NCBI GenBank assembly: GCA_973895155.1
Contig: OZ316896.1
Span: 6,004,166 to 6,068,165, forward strand
Reading direction: 5' to 3'
Length of the DNA: 64,000 bases
Source of the DNA: Marsupella aquatica
Lineage: Eukaryota; Plantae; Marchantiophyta
The first letter of the stretch is position 1; each line of letters begins with the position of its first letter. A program made the translations under genes and the position numbers. The notes under the pieces were generated by a model. It was given only the letters and a program-made list of their open reading frames with translations. It made no database searches and was not told where the DNA came from. Positions 36,827-50,435 of this stretch are shown one piece after another.

Positions 36827-39124
36827 TTAGCAACCAATGTAATAAATTGTTGAACAACAAAAGGATCCTTTGGAAGGGCACCATGGTTGACTTGGTATCT
36901 TTTGCCTCAAAAAGTTGATGATGAATTCCAAGACAAAGGCAAGTAAGTTTCCAAAATATGCCAAAGCCAGATCTCCATTCTCCAGCACAAGGTGTCCAAC
37001 CAGAATCATGACAACAAGAATAGGGTGAAAATATTCAGCTTCTGTCGAGATTTCATCCATCTCTACTATCTTCAAGCGGGTGACTTCTTTTAGGTGAAGT
37101 TTCAGGATATAGAGACATTCAACTCTCTTCTTATGATAGTACTGCCAAAACTCTAAGATGGGAGGAGTTCTAAGGTCTGAAACTCTGACAAATTCAACAA
37201 ATTGTTTAATACTCTCTTGAGGAGTCTTAGGGTCAATATGCAATGTAGGAATGAAATTGACTTGGTAGGATTTATCTTGACCTGATGGAAGGGTGTCAGG
37301 ATAAGAAACAACAAGATGTTCACCTTCAGGTGTAACCTCAGGTTCTGGAAAACTAGGATAAAGGTGGTGTGGATGGTTGGAAGGAGTGTAAGGTGAGGTA
37401 GGTGAATGACTAGAAGGAGGGGAAGAATAAGGAATGGGTGATCCAGACTCTGAAGTGTGGTAACGTACAGTAGAGTACATCTGAGTGACATGACATTGGA
37501 ATAGTTGTGCAAGTCTTTGAACTAGATCCTCACAATATTCTAAATGATGATCTCGATTCAAGGTAGTAGTAGCTTTCTGTAATAGATCTTCCAAAACATC
37601 AACAAGATCCTTCTCGTCACACTCCAGCAACTTAGCAATTTCAGTAACAAGATCAAAGTAATACTCAACTGATCGTCCTGATGAAGTTCCAAAGGGTTGT
37701 TGAAGTTTTGTCCTTAATGGTGATAGTCCCTCAAGATTTGGTTCCTCCAATGCAACATCAGATATTTGAGTAGTAGGGACAATAGGTGTCATCAATGGAA
37801 CTTTGGCGGGTTCTTGAGTGTACTGGGCAGGTCCTTGAGTAGGTGAATAGAATGAAAGAGGGCTGCAGGATACTGGAATGGTGACAGAAGATATTCGTAA
37901 TCTTTCAACTGCATCAATGATCTCTTCAGGTTCACAAGTTAATAAGCTAATTATCTTGTCAATGATCTGTTGATTAAATTTGACCTTTGATAAATCATTT
38001 TTTGGTATATCAGTGAGGGGAGAATAATGTGGTCTTTTCCGTGGTCTTGCAGGGGAAGTAAAATGAGTAGCTGCATGGTTAACCTGAATTGGGGTCCGTA
38101 GCAGATGGGCTAGGGAAAAAATCATTTGTTGCTGCAGTTGGCGAGGGGATAGACTGAGTTGAGTCTGGAGATGTAGGTGTAGGGTTAGCAAAATTGGGAT
38201 AAAGGGGAGTTCTTCTATCGTGACTGGGATCTTCAGGTGGAGATAGAGGTCCATTGGGGTCTAAAGGAGGGTTGTCTAATGGTTCTTTGGAAGGGGCTCG
38301 CCAAGCAAGTGGAGTAACTTCAGGGCAAAAAGGAGGTGACATTGCTGGATCATCCATCTGACCATTCTTACCTCCTTCAATTTCAGAATCAGAGTCTCCA
38401 AAATCAAATTCGTCGATTAATCTGGATCTTTCCTCTTGCTCCTCAAGTAGTAAGCAATCATCTTGAAAATATAGCTGACACAAGTAAGCGGGTAATAGAG
38501 TGGGTTGTCCCACTTTCACCTTCTTAATCTGGGATAAGATTGCTTGTCTCATAAGCAATGCCCAATTTATATCAGTTTCCCCTTTCCAACTTGCAACAAT
38601 GGTATTAGCAAGAGATATCGGTATCATGTGAGGACCATTGGGATGGAAATGGGAACCAGAAATTCCAAGATGACTTTTAAAGTGTAATCAATACATTGGT
38701 CCATCTTCCACCAATGGCGAACATTTCGGATTCCAGAAAAATAAGGTTTTGAGATCTCTCCTTGGCGTGATAGTAAATTGCTTCCCGTAGCAGGGCAGTC
38801 AAAAGCTTCTGCTACAAATTGTAAAGTCCACTTCTCTGGATTTGCTCGAGCAGTGCCCACCATATCAACTTCAATGTGTGCTCCATCCTGAAAATCCTTT
38901 AAGTAACTAGGTGAAGTCACTGACCAAGGTAGAGTAGCTTACTCAACTAAGTGCATGACTTCCAAAGACTCTTTTAGAACATCCAGACTTCTCTTTAAAG
39001 TGGGATAAACCACTGGGACAGCTTTTGGTAAAGTGACTCCGGCTACAACTCCCTCTACTCCCTCTCCTGTTGTTGCCATAGTTGAGGCATAAGTCAAAGT
39101 CGCAAATATAAAGTGGCTGAACAA
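36827..39124 (-). pseudogene. Retroelement-associated accessory ORF (bryophyte family of unknown function), frameshifted
   Basis: Consecutive ORFs with RANPEKWT, LEFLVPI, LANTIVASWKG..INWA, PTLLPAYLCQLY, then a Pro/Ser-rich tail. Resembles, from memory, abundant liverwort LTR-element extra ORFs. TGTTACA LTR-like ends at ~35710 and ~39636; no gag/pol seen. Confidence 0.55.
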
Positions 39125-40679
39125 AACACGTCGAAGCGTCGTTGCGTGATTACGCCATTCCGCCTATACTCTAAAACGCAAATGTCATTTACGATGAAAC
39201 GTTGTTCCGCCGTTACTTTGTGGCGTTGTTGCATTGAAACGCTTTGGCTCCAAGACGCCATCATGCCTTTACATTTTTGCCTTCCGTGATCAAAACTTCA
39301 CAATGAATTCTCCGATCGCACCACGAGAATACAAATAGTGTTCTCCCTTGCTCGTCTCAACGCTTCCTCTAGATCAGAGTGCAATGTCGCAGCCAAGTGA
39401 CTCTCTTCAGAATGTCAGGTAGATTATGGAGTTTGACTCCTTGGTGAGAAAGCGCACCCGAGTAGGGCAATGCTCGCTGATTACTCAGGGTATTATCTAT
39501 TAATCTGTCCTATCTTAAGTCTTAACCTTACTTATATCTAAAAGTAGATTAATTGGTTATGTTTAATCTATTTCTAACTACAAAATTTTTAAAATTTTCA
39601 TTATTTCTAACTTTTCTGACTTAGACAGCTGTTACAATGTCCTTTATGTGAAGTTGTGTTCTTGTTATTAAGGGGATTTAGTTTATTGTTGCCATAATGG
39701 AATATTGTGGGTGGTGCCTTTGCTCCACAATGGGTTGAAGCCCTTGCACTCCTCTTTCTTTGGTATGAGTATTGTTGCTTGGCTCTTGAGGCTCATTACA
39801 TGCGTTGCATTGCTCTGGGCCCAAATGTTGGGTCAAACATGATGGCCAAGGCATTTTAGCGGGAGAAGGTGGATAGGGCACAATTTCATATTTTGGGTGA
39901 GGAGTCCTTTTGGCACTTTCCCTTGCATTTTTTGCATGGTTGTTGCTCTGGCTGCTTTTCACTCAACCTGATGCACAGAAGAGGGGGGTTTCAGTATTTA
40001 TTGAACAACTGACAAGGATAATATAAACTATTGAACGTACTGAAATAAAAACAAAATTTGCCAGATGTGAAAATTTAATTGGGGGCATCTAAAAATATTT
40101 TGTTTAACTTCAAGGACATAATGATGTGTAACTATGGCTGAAATGGTTTGCCCCACAAAAAATCAACAAAAAATAAGCAAACAATCAGCCAAACCAAACA
40201 CAAACATTGGTCAAAGCCAAAGGTGCCCCTAAAAATGGGTTTTGTTTCAAGAACACCCAAATTCACCCTTACCTACAAGAATGTTTGCTCAATGTGGCTA
40301 AATTGCGTGATGAACCCAAATACTTGGCAGGTGGATCAGGGTCACGAAGAGAAACACCAATGGCCTTGTATCTAGGCATTAAAGATATAGCTGACAAGGT
40401 CTAGTACAAGATATTACTTTATGTGGGGTGTATTTCCTTTTGAAAATCTGATTTAATTAGTCTGCATTCATGTTCAAGCATGTGTTGAGTTGTAGCATTA
40501 AGGTTGTCCTGGGGTTTGTCCCATTACTTATTTTGAGTCCATCTATTAGGGTTAGAATTACTTTAAGTGCTTTGCTTTTAGAGTGGCATTATTTAATGTA
40601 TGTAGAGATTTTGAGAGCATAGGAAGTAGGAGGGGTCCTGTACATCATTAGTTATCAGTGTTGTTGTCTTAAAATTTTT

Positions 40680-40990
40680 GAATCTCGGCTGAGCAGTTGA
40701 GATGGGGCCTTTGCACCTCCGCGCATCTCAGCTAGGCAGCTAAGATTAACTCAATCTCAGTTGACCTCGCTAAAATGGGTGTACGGACCCAAAAAAACAG
40801 AAAAATAACCAAAAAAATTGGAATTTGTTTTTTGGAAAAAACATTCTGGCAAAATCCTGTGTCTGTACTGTATGGACACATGGCCATCTCAGCTGGCCTC
40901 GCCAAGATGGGGTGTTCCATACCATGGCCATGTGTCCATGTGTCCCGTGTCCGTATTGTATGGACACATGGCCATGTGTTCCATACAGAA
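40680..40990. repeat. Palindrome-rich small repeat (possible MITE remnant)
   Basis: TGTATGGACACATGGCCAT at 40869 and 40957; near-perfect palindrome TGTATGGACACATGGCCATGTGTTCCATACA at 40957-40987; repeated ATCTCAG(C/T)TG. Confidence 0.55.
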
Positions 40991-41669
40991 TTTCAAATAA
41001 GGTTTTTTTGTCTCCCTCAAATTTTGAACAAATTATATATCTTCTTTTTTGGGTGCCGCAACTTGGCGGCTTCTTTGAAATGACGTGACAATTGATATCA
41101 GGTTGACTGATAGAGATGACTAATAACTGATGAGATGACTTGTCTCGAAATGGGACAGTGTTTTTGTCCTGAATTCTGTAAACTAGTGAAAATGTTATTG
41201 GGCTTTTGATTTATTTGAGTGTAGGGAATTTGAGTTGATGGATGCTTACTTAGATAGAAGTGGTACATTCAAGGCTAAGTATTGATTGATCCTGGTTCCA
41301 ACTAAGGGGTCTTTCATTGGTGTTAGTTCCATAGACTTTGTGTATCATTATGCAAAATTGGTTTATTGTGTGGTGTTCACAAAATCACTACTGTCATTCC
41401 TCAAGCTCAAGTTTTGGTCATACCAAAACCCATATTAAGTAAAGAATATTGTTAAGAAAGTAAAAATGGGGGAAGGGGCACTTTGCATGATAGTGTGGGT
41501 TTTATCTATCCCATATTGTATCTCAAATTGCTAATAAATAACTGGCTAGCATAGCTAAGTTTGCTCAAGACAAAACAATTGAGAACAAATGGAATCTATT
41601 GATCCCATACGTATCTCAAATTGCTAAGTAATTACATTGTTTACCATAGTTAGTACCATAACTTATATA

Positions 41670-42114
41670 GTCTCCCTGCATAAATAGTATCACACACACT
41701 AATAAGGGTGTGACTACAAATCTCAAAAACATATAAATAATAGTACAAGTAGAGAGTTCAGTCTCTTGTCATACATTCTAGTTTGATTTTGATTGTATTT
41801 ATAACCTGGTTCTCACTTCATCATACTTTAATAAAATCTGGCTTCCAATTGACATTCAATTTTAATTTTATATGCTCTTGCAAATATATCTTACTACTAG
41901 AAAAATTTGTACTTTTCATAAGCTATGCACATTAATTCTGTGTTCATCACACACTATTTGAGTGTCACCAAAAATAATCTCACTTACTCTAATTTAGAAT
42001 AACATGTATTTAGTTTCACTTCTTATCTAGTCTCACACACATTAATTATGGTGATATCTTTAAAAAATCTTTGTTCGGAAATACTGTGTGTGAGACTAAT
42101 TAGGGTAATCAGTG
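41670..42114 (+). mobile_element. 445-bp non-autonomous deletion derivative (MITE) of the 28.9-31.4 kb pogo-like element, inverted
   Basis: 41670-41730 is the reverse complement of ~31300-31359, and ~41930-42114 is the reverse complement of 28855-~29080. Flanked by TA on both sides. Confidence 0.85.
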
Positions 42115-42399
42115 TAGTTAGCAAAGCTAAGTTTTCTCAAGACAAAGCAATTGAGGAAAAATGGAACCAGTAGTTAGTACCTCATGACATATAGTATGGT
42201 AATCATAGTACATCAAACAGCAGTCACTAATACACAATCACCACTAAAAGCCAACATTCAAGCAAAAATATATGTGCTAAGTGTACAGTAGACAAGACAA
42301 TAAATATACACAATGGTATCTTTGTAGGGGAAGTGTAGAAAGTGAAGTCCAGATGGACCACCATGTTGGACACAATACTCTCCTGGAACACATTTTGGT

Positions 42400-43070
42400 T
42401 GTCCATGTGAGATTTGGCTATAGCTTGATGATTATGAGGCCAAAAATAAAATCTAGTTTTTCATGGGCAAGGGAACTAGAGTAGGAGGAGACATAAAAAA
42501 CATAAGCCCTAATATTTCATATGAACACAAAGAAAATTAATCTAATAGAATTTGACCCTCTGCATTCCATGATGAAAAGTACCAAATTGGTCAAAAATTC
42601 AGTCACTTTTGATGGAAGTGCAGCTTACTACTCCTCTAGCACATCCTCAAATCTAAAAGTTATTTGAATTTATGAACATCAAATTATAACAATTAGACTT
42701 AAATTTTGGGAAATGTGATCCATGGGGGGTTTCGAAAGACCAACGTTGTGGTCATAAAGAACATCTTTCCATTTTGACGGTTCATGAGAATTGAGGGCCC
42801 ATAACTTGATGATTACCAGTCAAAACTGAGATTTTGACACAAATAAAACACAAGCCCAAATATTTCATGCTAACACAATGAAAATTAATCCAAAGAGATT
42901 TACTCCACATTTTATGATGCAAAACTAAACCAAAACAACCAACAATTCAGTTTCTCTTTGATGATAGCTCACTTACTCCTCTAGCATACTCCAAACACAA
43001 AGTTTGGAGTATAAAGTGCTACAATTAACCTCAAATTTTGTTAAATGCTATCCATGGGGGGTTCTAAAGG
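42400..43070. repeat. Diverged ~350-bp tandem duplication upstream of the DWNN gene
   Basis: aagccc(t/a)aatatttcat...gaaaattaatc, cttactcctctagca and tccatggggg each occur twice about 330-350 bp apart. Confidence 0.7.
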
Positions 43071-43633
43071 CAGACCTTGTAATCCATGGGACCTTCAAAT
43101 TACACATGCGAGGCACTCTAATATTATAATACGGGGTTATTCAGGACGCATCGGGATACCTTAGGGACAGCCGGGTTCGGTCATCTCTTCCCAGTCACGC
43201 CTTTTTCGTTGAGTACGCATGGGTCCGATTCGACTCTGTCCTCTCCCCGTCTCGTCTCGAATTCTGGTCCTCCTTCATCCCGACGAGGAGGTCCTCATTC
43301 CGCACGGTGCTTCCTCCCTCTCTTGTCGAGGGAGAGTCGTTCGGGTCCCGCACTCTACTACTATTCAGCCGTCCTGCTGCTCTCCTCAGCTTCTCAGCGA
43401 ATTCTCACTCTTCTCAGTCAGCGTTTGCGTTCGCCGAGGGGGCGTTTTTCATCTCTCGGGGCTGTGAAGTTTGTACAATTTCTCTCGTTGATTGTTCACC
43501 TTTCCTGTCACTGCTTCTGGAAAGATCATTCTCCTCTGTGTCTGTCAACTCGCTCACCACCGTTTGGCGTTGATCCAAGCCGCTCTTGTATATTCCTCTC
43601 GCTGCGTCCAGCCTTGTACATACTGCAGCCGTC

Positions 43634-43658
43634 GTGTGTGTGTGTGTGTGTGTGTGTG
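43634..43658. repeat. (GT)n microsatellite in the 5' leader
   Basis: About 12 GT units. Confidence 0.9.
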
Positions 43659-44223
43659 CCCCGCCTGTCTGTGTTCAGTGCTCTGTGTCAATTTGGCAGC
43701 TTCTTTGTCCATCGATCACGAACGCTTTGCCAACTCTTCAGCACCGCATCTGAAGTACTTTTCATCGCGGTACCCCCAACATCTGATCGGAGGCGATCCG
43801 CGTTCTCAGGCTGTGAGATGGTTGAATAGTGCAGAAGAAGCGGTGGCAGGGGGTTGTTGTGGAGGCGGCTCTACCGAGATCCTCCTATCGGCTTCTCGGT
43901 TACTTTCTCTCTCGTTTGAGTCCTGCTTTCATCCATCTGTCGGACCGAAGTCATCGATTCCCTGCTCATGCGACGTAGCTGTGGATGAGATCTGCCGAGT
44001 TTGAGGACCGCGCCCAAGCTGGCCAGAGGAGAGGACTTCTGTTGTCACAACATCAAGGAGATTGGAGTCGAGAGACCGATCTTGCGGCAATTAGCTAGGT
44101 TTTAGAGTGATACTCATCGTAGATCCAAAAATTAGGGACAGGTTAGGAAGACGACCTAGGATAAACACTGAGTTTCCGACACCGGATAGGAAAGAACCTC
44201 TCTTGCTGTACTTGCAAAGCTAA

Positions 44224-47200
44224 ATGGCTGTGTACTTCAAGTTTAAGAGTGCCAAAGATTTCGACTCTGTGTCAATTGACGGACATTTCATATCTGTTAC
44301 AAATTTGAAAGATAAAATTGTTGAGCAGAAGAAATTGGGAAGAGGTTCTGATTATGATCTCGTGATCTCGAACGCACAAACCAATGAAGGTGTGCACTTT
44401 CGCTTAAGATCAAGAGACAGATTAGGTCATGCGGCCCAATTCTTGTTTTTCTGTTTGAGTTTGCCCGGATTCTCTGCAAATGTTTCAAAGCAGTATCCGG
44501 CATACACAGCTGATATGTATTACGAGAAGCAATTCTTACTACCAGCACTAAGATGCTCCTTAGTGGTTTTTTCTACTTTTATTGAGATCAGCGTAGTTCA
44601 TGGATTTGTCCTATTTTCACATAGATAGGTGACTTTTTCAGCAATTTGGGGCTGTGCGGTTTCTCCATTATGGATCCCAGCTCAGCTGTAGTTATGCTTC
44701 AAGTTACCGTCGGTTGGGATGTCTTCTGCCAAATTGCCTTCCGCCAAAGCTTTGGGCGAGACTATAATGTTTTGCTTATGTTGCATTTACAGAGTACACA
44801 GATGAAGGATTCTTGGTGCCAAAAAATACTTCAGTCATAGTTCGTCGAGTTCCTGGAAGGCCAAGTATGCCAATTTTCGCAGATGTCAAAGACGAGTACT
44901 GTCTTCATCTCTAATCTTCTGAATTTGTTCAGTGTCTACCCTTTTAATGAGATAGATGTCACTTACTTTTCCTTTTCCGGATTGGTACGCTCGTGATGTC
45001 GAAGAGCGTGCTGGATCCTCTCTAGTTCTCTGGCGCTTCCTTACTTCTGTAGTACATATGTCTTTCAGTTCTTAGGAAAGTGAGATGACTTGTTTCCTCA
45101 GTCTCCGTCTATCGTAGCCTTCCAGCTTGAGTGAGAGAACAGGAGTGGCTACTCATGTAACAAAGCATATCCTACTTTGATGATCATACAAGTTGTAGTG
45201 TTCCTGTGTTTGCCCCGACGTCTCGCATCAGATATTCGCCTCAAACTTGATCGGTTGCTGTCGTTGCCACATCCGAGATTGATAAAGTTGTTATGAGGAT
45301 AATATGCGTCCGAATGATTATATCTTCAAATATTTGTGGCAGGCGGAAATCTTCTCTGGAGGTCCCATCAGTCAACACTGCGTATCAGACATTAGAATCA
45401 ACACAAAAAAACATTGTAAGCCACAATCGCAGAAAATAAACATGACATTTCTCTCTGTTCTTCTGTTGCTCCATGGGCTGGTTGTGCTTACGAGTTGGAG
45501 GAGGTTTGATTTGTGTACATTTGAGAAACTAAAGATCTCCTTTCTGGTTCTCAGCAACAGTCAAGCGGTCCAGATGGTCTCGATGACTTCGGCATTGACC
45601 TGTATGCGGTCCCAGAGGTTGTCCAAGCTCTTACTCTCACCGAAGATGAAGATAGTAAAATTAGGGCCTTCGTCGACTCATCTGCAACTGAATGGCAACG
45701 GTAGGTAGCACCCAATCGTACTTCTTGAACTTGCGGTATCGAAGACGGTACTCAGAAGTTTTGGTACACACCGGATGGAGACCCGGGTCTTTTTCTGGCA
45801 GCTAAACGTTTTTCACTTTGTCACAGACAAACGCAAGAAAGTTTCGCGGGGGGAAAGGGCTATGGCAACAAGGGGCAAGGGAGAGGTCTTCCACCACGAG
45901 GAGGATACGGTGATTATAATTTCCACTCACTGAACTGTTTGCTTGCTTGCTTAATGGTCATGGAAGATGATTGTGGAGATGTGTATCCATGACTTCTGTG
46001 AAAGTTGTCCTCCCTCACCCAAAAGTAGCCATGTGACATTATTCTCAAGGTTAAGGGAGACTTAGAGACGGATTTTTTATTACCGAAGTCAGGCTTGCTG
46101 AACATCTCCACAAAACCTTGCTGAACGTCTCCACAAAATTTAAGTCCTGGTGACAAATTTCTTTGTGGGCAGTACAGGTGGTCGAGGAGGGTTTGAAAAG
46201 AAAAACCCACCTCATGGTTATGTATGTCATCGTTGTGGAGTCACAGGTGCATTTTCGGTCGCAATCGAACATTTCATTACTTTTTTGTTTTTTACGATTA
46301 TGTTTCAGAATGTTTGCTATAGGTGGATGTCGCAGGTGCTATTCCAGACACAATTTGCAACAGGAATACCTAGTTGTACATCCAGATTGAATTAGATCTA
46401 TTCTAGCAGTCCTTCTAGCAGTTATATAGACTTCTCGAACTCTGGAAAGACTTTCTTGGGCTACACATGCGTGCTGTGCACCTGGTATCCTGACGAGTCC
46501 AGTTTGTCAAAATATCGATGAAATACCGCTTACCACCATGGAAATTGACAGTGACTTTCGTGGTCAAATTTAGGGCATTATATACAACATTGTCCCACGA
46601 ATGGCGATCCGACATACGATATGAAGAAAGTCAAGCCGCCAACTGGCATTCCTAAAACCATGCTGGTTGCCAACCCTGATGGGTCATATGCTTTACCGAC
46701 AGGCGAAGTAGCAGTGCTGAGGCCCAACGAGTGCGTTTCTATGATTCTTCTCTCTTGTCTGTTATTCTGAGACTATGATGCTGCATGAGACCTGCCCTAC
46801 TTTTGAGGTTGGCTTTCCAGCAATGATGTGCTTATACGTCCCTCCACTGTGTACTGTGCAGGGCTGTTTTCGAACGGGAAGTGGATGGTCTACCGACATC
46901 CAGTCGACCAATTTTTGATATCCCACCAGAGCTTTGTTGTCCCTTATGTAAGGGAGTCTTGAAGGAGGCGGTTCTCACAAGCAAGTGCTGCTTCAAGAGC
47001 TACTGTGACAAATGTACGGATGTTTGACTCGGATATATTTTTTGATAAGGATTTTTCCTGGAACATTTTCAGTCGACTTATTGAATGGCGATTTTATCCA
47101 TGCATACGACCCTCAACTATGCTGTATCTTCCTGCATCCAGGTATTCGGAATGAGATCATCTCAAAGGGAAAGTGCGTTTGTGGAGCAACGAACGTTCTT

Positions 47201-50200
47201 GCAGATGATCTGCTGCCTAACAGGACTCTGCGAGATGCAATTAGCAGGTTCTTGGAGTCTCAAGTTAGTGCCGCAACTAGCAGCGGAAATATTGGAAGCC
47301 GAGCTCATCTACCAGGTTTGTGTTTTGTTTCAAGTTGTCATCGAGATGTTCAAGGTTTATCAAGATATTCCGAGGAATATTTTGAGAAATAACGCTTTCT
47401 CGGAGTCCTTGTGGACAGGACTTACTTGACTGTGTCTGAATAATTTACTGACAGCATTAATTATGGCTGGCAGACATGGAATCTGCTCGTTATGCACGGC
47501 CTGCAGTATCTGTATCCTTGAAAGAAGCCTCCTCTGCCATGGTCGAATCAGATGGTTCTGACACTAACGAACCCCTAGCTGGAGGAGAAAAGGATGTGGC
47601 AAACCACGCATCAGCTTCAGTCAAACGTGGCCCCAAGGGTCAGAGTGTGAGCGGGACACGACCTGGAAATGAAGTTGCAGCTCCCGTAAAGCAAGGCATG
47701 GAACTAGTTGATGGCTCTCCAGAATCTCAACTCACAAAGGAAACGTTGCAGGAGATGGTGAGCTTGAAGAGACCAGCCAAGCCGGATTCAGACCTCAGGG
47801 ATGAAGTTGTCGCTTTGTCAGAGCCAGTCAAAGGTACTGATTTTTGCTGGGTTGTGCATTTTGTGTTACGGATGATCTCAGACGGCGTTTAAGGTTTTCA
47901 CAGGGTTCAAGGAACTCACTTTAGAATCCTCTTGTCTTTCTGTCACATAGCTGTTTCTTGTTGTTGAGATGTTAATTCTGGTAATTGGTTTTCAAGTGAA
48001 GTTCAATTCTTCACCCCGTGCATATCTGGCCTTCCAGGAAAGAAGAAAACGAAAGGCAAGCGTCCCCGGCAAGGTGGAAACACAATTCTTATGGCCTTTG
48101 AAGTAATCAATCTCAATTGTATCATATCACGTGGAGTATTATCATAGGTGAATGCGCTAAGAATTGGGAACAGAACAATCTATTGGTGCGTTATTCAACT
48201 ATAGCTCACATGTGGTTCGTTTGCAGTTGACATGACGTACTCAGAGGGCATGGGCATGTGGAACCAGGGTCCGAACTACAATCCTCAAGTAATTTTCAGC
48301 ACCTGTCTCATTTGTTTCGTATTATCTAATATGATGTATAGGAGCACAATGCACTTTTTGTTGCCCTAATGTGACTGCCTTAATTACTGCTCAACATTTA
48401 TTTTATCCCTGGCAATGCTACCAGATGCAGGCTGAGAACTGCTGCATGCATTGCGGTTCATATGAACATCCTACCTGGAATTGTTATATGATGAATGGAC
48501 CGGGGCCTTCGCATCATCCGGGTCCCATGCATGGACCAATGTTTGGGCCAGGTACATCGATGTGACTCGTCGTTATTGACCGTTTTTTCTGGGCATTCTT
48601 GGTGGAAACCTGGAGATTTCGCTTTATTATGTTCTTCATTTGATGGCCTCGAAGTCGTCATTCTCGTAAATAACATTAACGGGTGTCCAATGTTCAGGTT
48701 TCAATCCGCAAATGATGGGAATGGGGCATCCGCCTATGATGCCTTATCCACACAATCCCGGTCCGTATAATGGTTACGGAGTTCCTCCTTACGAGTTCCA
48801 ATTTAATGGGCCTATGGTTCCACCTCACGAACCTTTTGTTCCTCCTCATGCTGGAATGATGCCTTATGGACCACCTCCCCCTATGCAAAGGTGAGTTCAT
48901 GACTAGGATCTCCTAATTTTTTAATGAAGAGGGCAATAAGCAATGCCTTATGGTACTTTTGTCAGTTATTGGCAGACTTTGGCTGATTCTGTTTTGGGTA
49001 TGTCTCTATCAGGGATTATGTTGATCCTACTCTAATGAGTCGCGAAGAGTTTGAGGCTAGAAAGGCAGAGCTGAAGAGAAGAAAGGAGAGGGAGCAACGC
49101 TTTGGCAGGTATTCAAATTCTCATGTTTTCCATTACCTTGCGAGAGCAAGCAATAAGCGATGTAGTTTTTGTCGCTTCGAGAGAATGAAATATTCTCTAG
49201 TACGGTAGTTCCCATATACAGATAGCATTCGTCAAATGATGCATTGGTGATGACTGGATTTCTTTTTTGCTCCAATTTTTTTATTATGTTGGACGGTTTA
49301 TAGCGTTTGAAAGTCTCGAGCAAGGGCAGATAGATTGTGTATAATACTGAGCTTTGTACGGTTGGTTGCTTTTTTTTCAGGGAGCACGTAAAGTATCCGA
49401 GTACAGATGTAGACATTGTACCTCCTCCAAGATTGCAAGGGGTAAAAAACTTTCAATCTACCTATGACTTTAGGCAAATGTAATCCTTGATCTTATAGCT
49501 TGTGTCGTATCAGATGACTATTGAAGGATTCTGGGGATGATGGCATTTCTATGGAGACTTTCTTTGGCACATTGACTTATTAATTACAGTGGGTCTTCGT
49601 GCATCTGTCGATGACGCAGAGGGTGGGTCCTAGGCTTATCAGTCCTGCTGAATTAGAACGAGAAACTAGCCGGGATTTACTAGATGAGGACCGAGACGTA
49701 GAGGTCAGACCACATCGGAATGTTGAACAACGACATCCTTCCCGAACTAGGCCGTCCAGACCTAGAGAGGATTGGATCGAAGAAGAACTTCAAGCTGCTT
49801 CTGATGGAGAGCGATCTACACATCGGGATTATTATGAAACTCACGAAAGGTGGAGCTCCCGTCCTGATGATGAAGCAAGCAGTGGAGAGGAGGTGTCAAG
49901 GGACGGGAGATACTCTCGTGGGGAAACTGCACTCCCTCCTAAACAGAAGGGAAGGGGCTATACTCCTAAGGCAAATGGTCGTTCTGATGATGTGAGAATA
50001 GGTCAGAAGAGATCTGCGTCAGTTTACGATTCAGAAGATGATGGTGATTTGAGGCAATCTGGAGGCCAAGCTGGGCCCACTTCCCCTCATCGAGCTCTTC
50101 GAAGTAGCGAGTCAGATGATCAGCTTCCGAGGGAGGTCGAGTATAACGACAGTAGTGATATCCGTCGTCAGGGTGGAGAGAGATCTGTGAAAGCCCTACT

Positions 50201-50435
50201 CTCAAATGATCTGCCTAGAGTTAGCGTGTTTGAGCGGACTAACTTACCCATCAAACCAAGGAGAACCGTAGACACTGAGTATGATGCAGGAGAATTCAGA
50301 GAGAAAAGGATAAAAGGTACAGCAGGGAGCCAAACCCTTGACGGTGGTAAACAAGTTGCAAGAGAGACTGAAGATACTAGTCGACAGCGCTCTGGGATTG
50401 TCTCAAGGAAGAGAAGGATCAAACGAGATTCTTAG
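44224..50435 (+). CDS. RBBP6: DWNN-domain / CCHC zinc knuckle / RING E3 ubiquitin ligase (RBBP6/Mpe1/PQT3 family), ~16 exons
   Basis: MAVYFKFKSAKDFDSVSIDGHFISV...DLVISNAQTNE|EYTDEGFLVPKNTSVIVRRVPG (DWNN); PPHGYVCHRCGVT|GHYIQHCPTNGDP (knuckle); ELCCPLCKGVLKEAVLTSKCCFKSYCDK|CIRNEIISKGKCVCG (RING); LMSREEFEARKAELKR. GT-AG exons approx. 44224-44389, 44793-44894, 45561-45701, 45826-45909, 46178-46246, 46574-46730, 46862-47013, 47142-47314, 47474-47832, then small exons to 49620-50435. Confidence 0.93.

Noticed and set aside
43209-44004. 206-aa and 170-aa ORFs upstream of the DWNN gene
   Set aside because: Non-ATG starts, Ser/Leu/Cys-rich composition and a run through the GT microsatellite, consistent with 5'UTR sequence.
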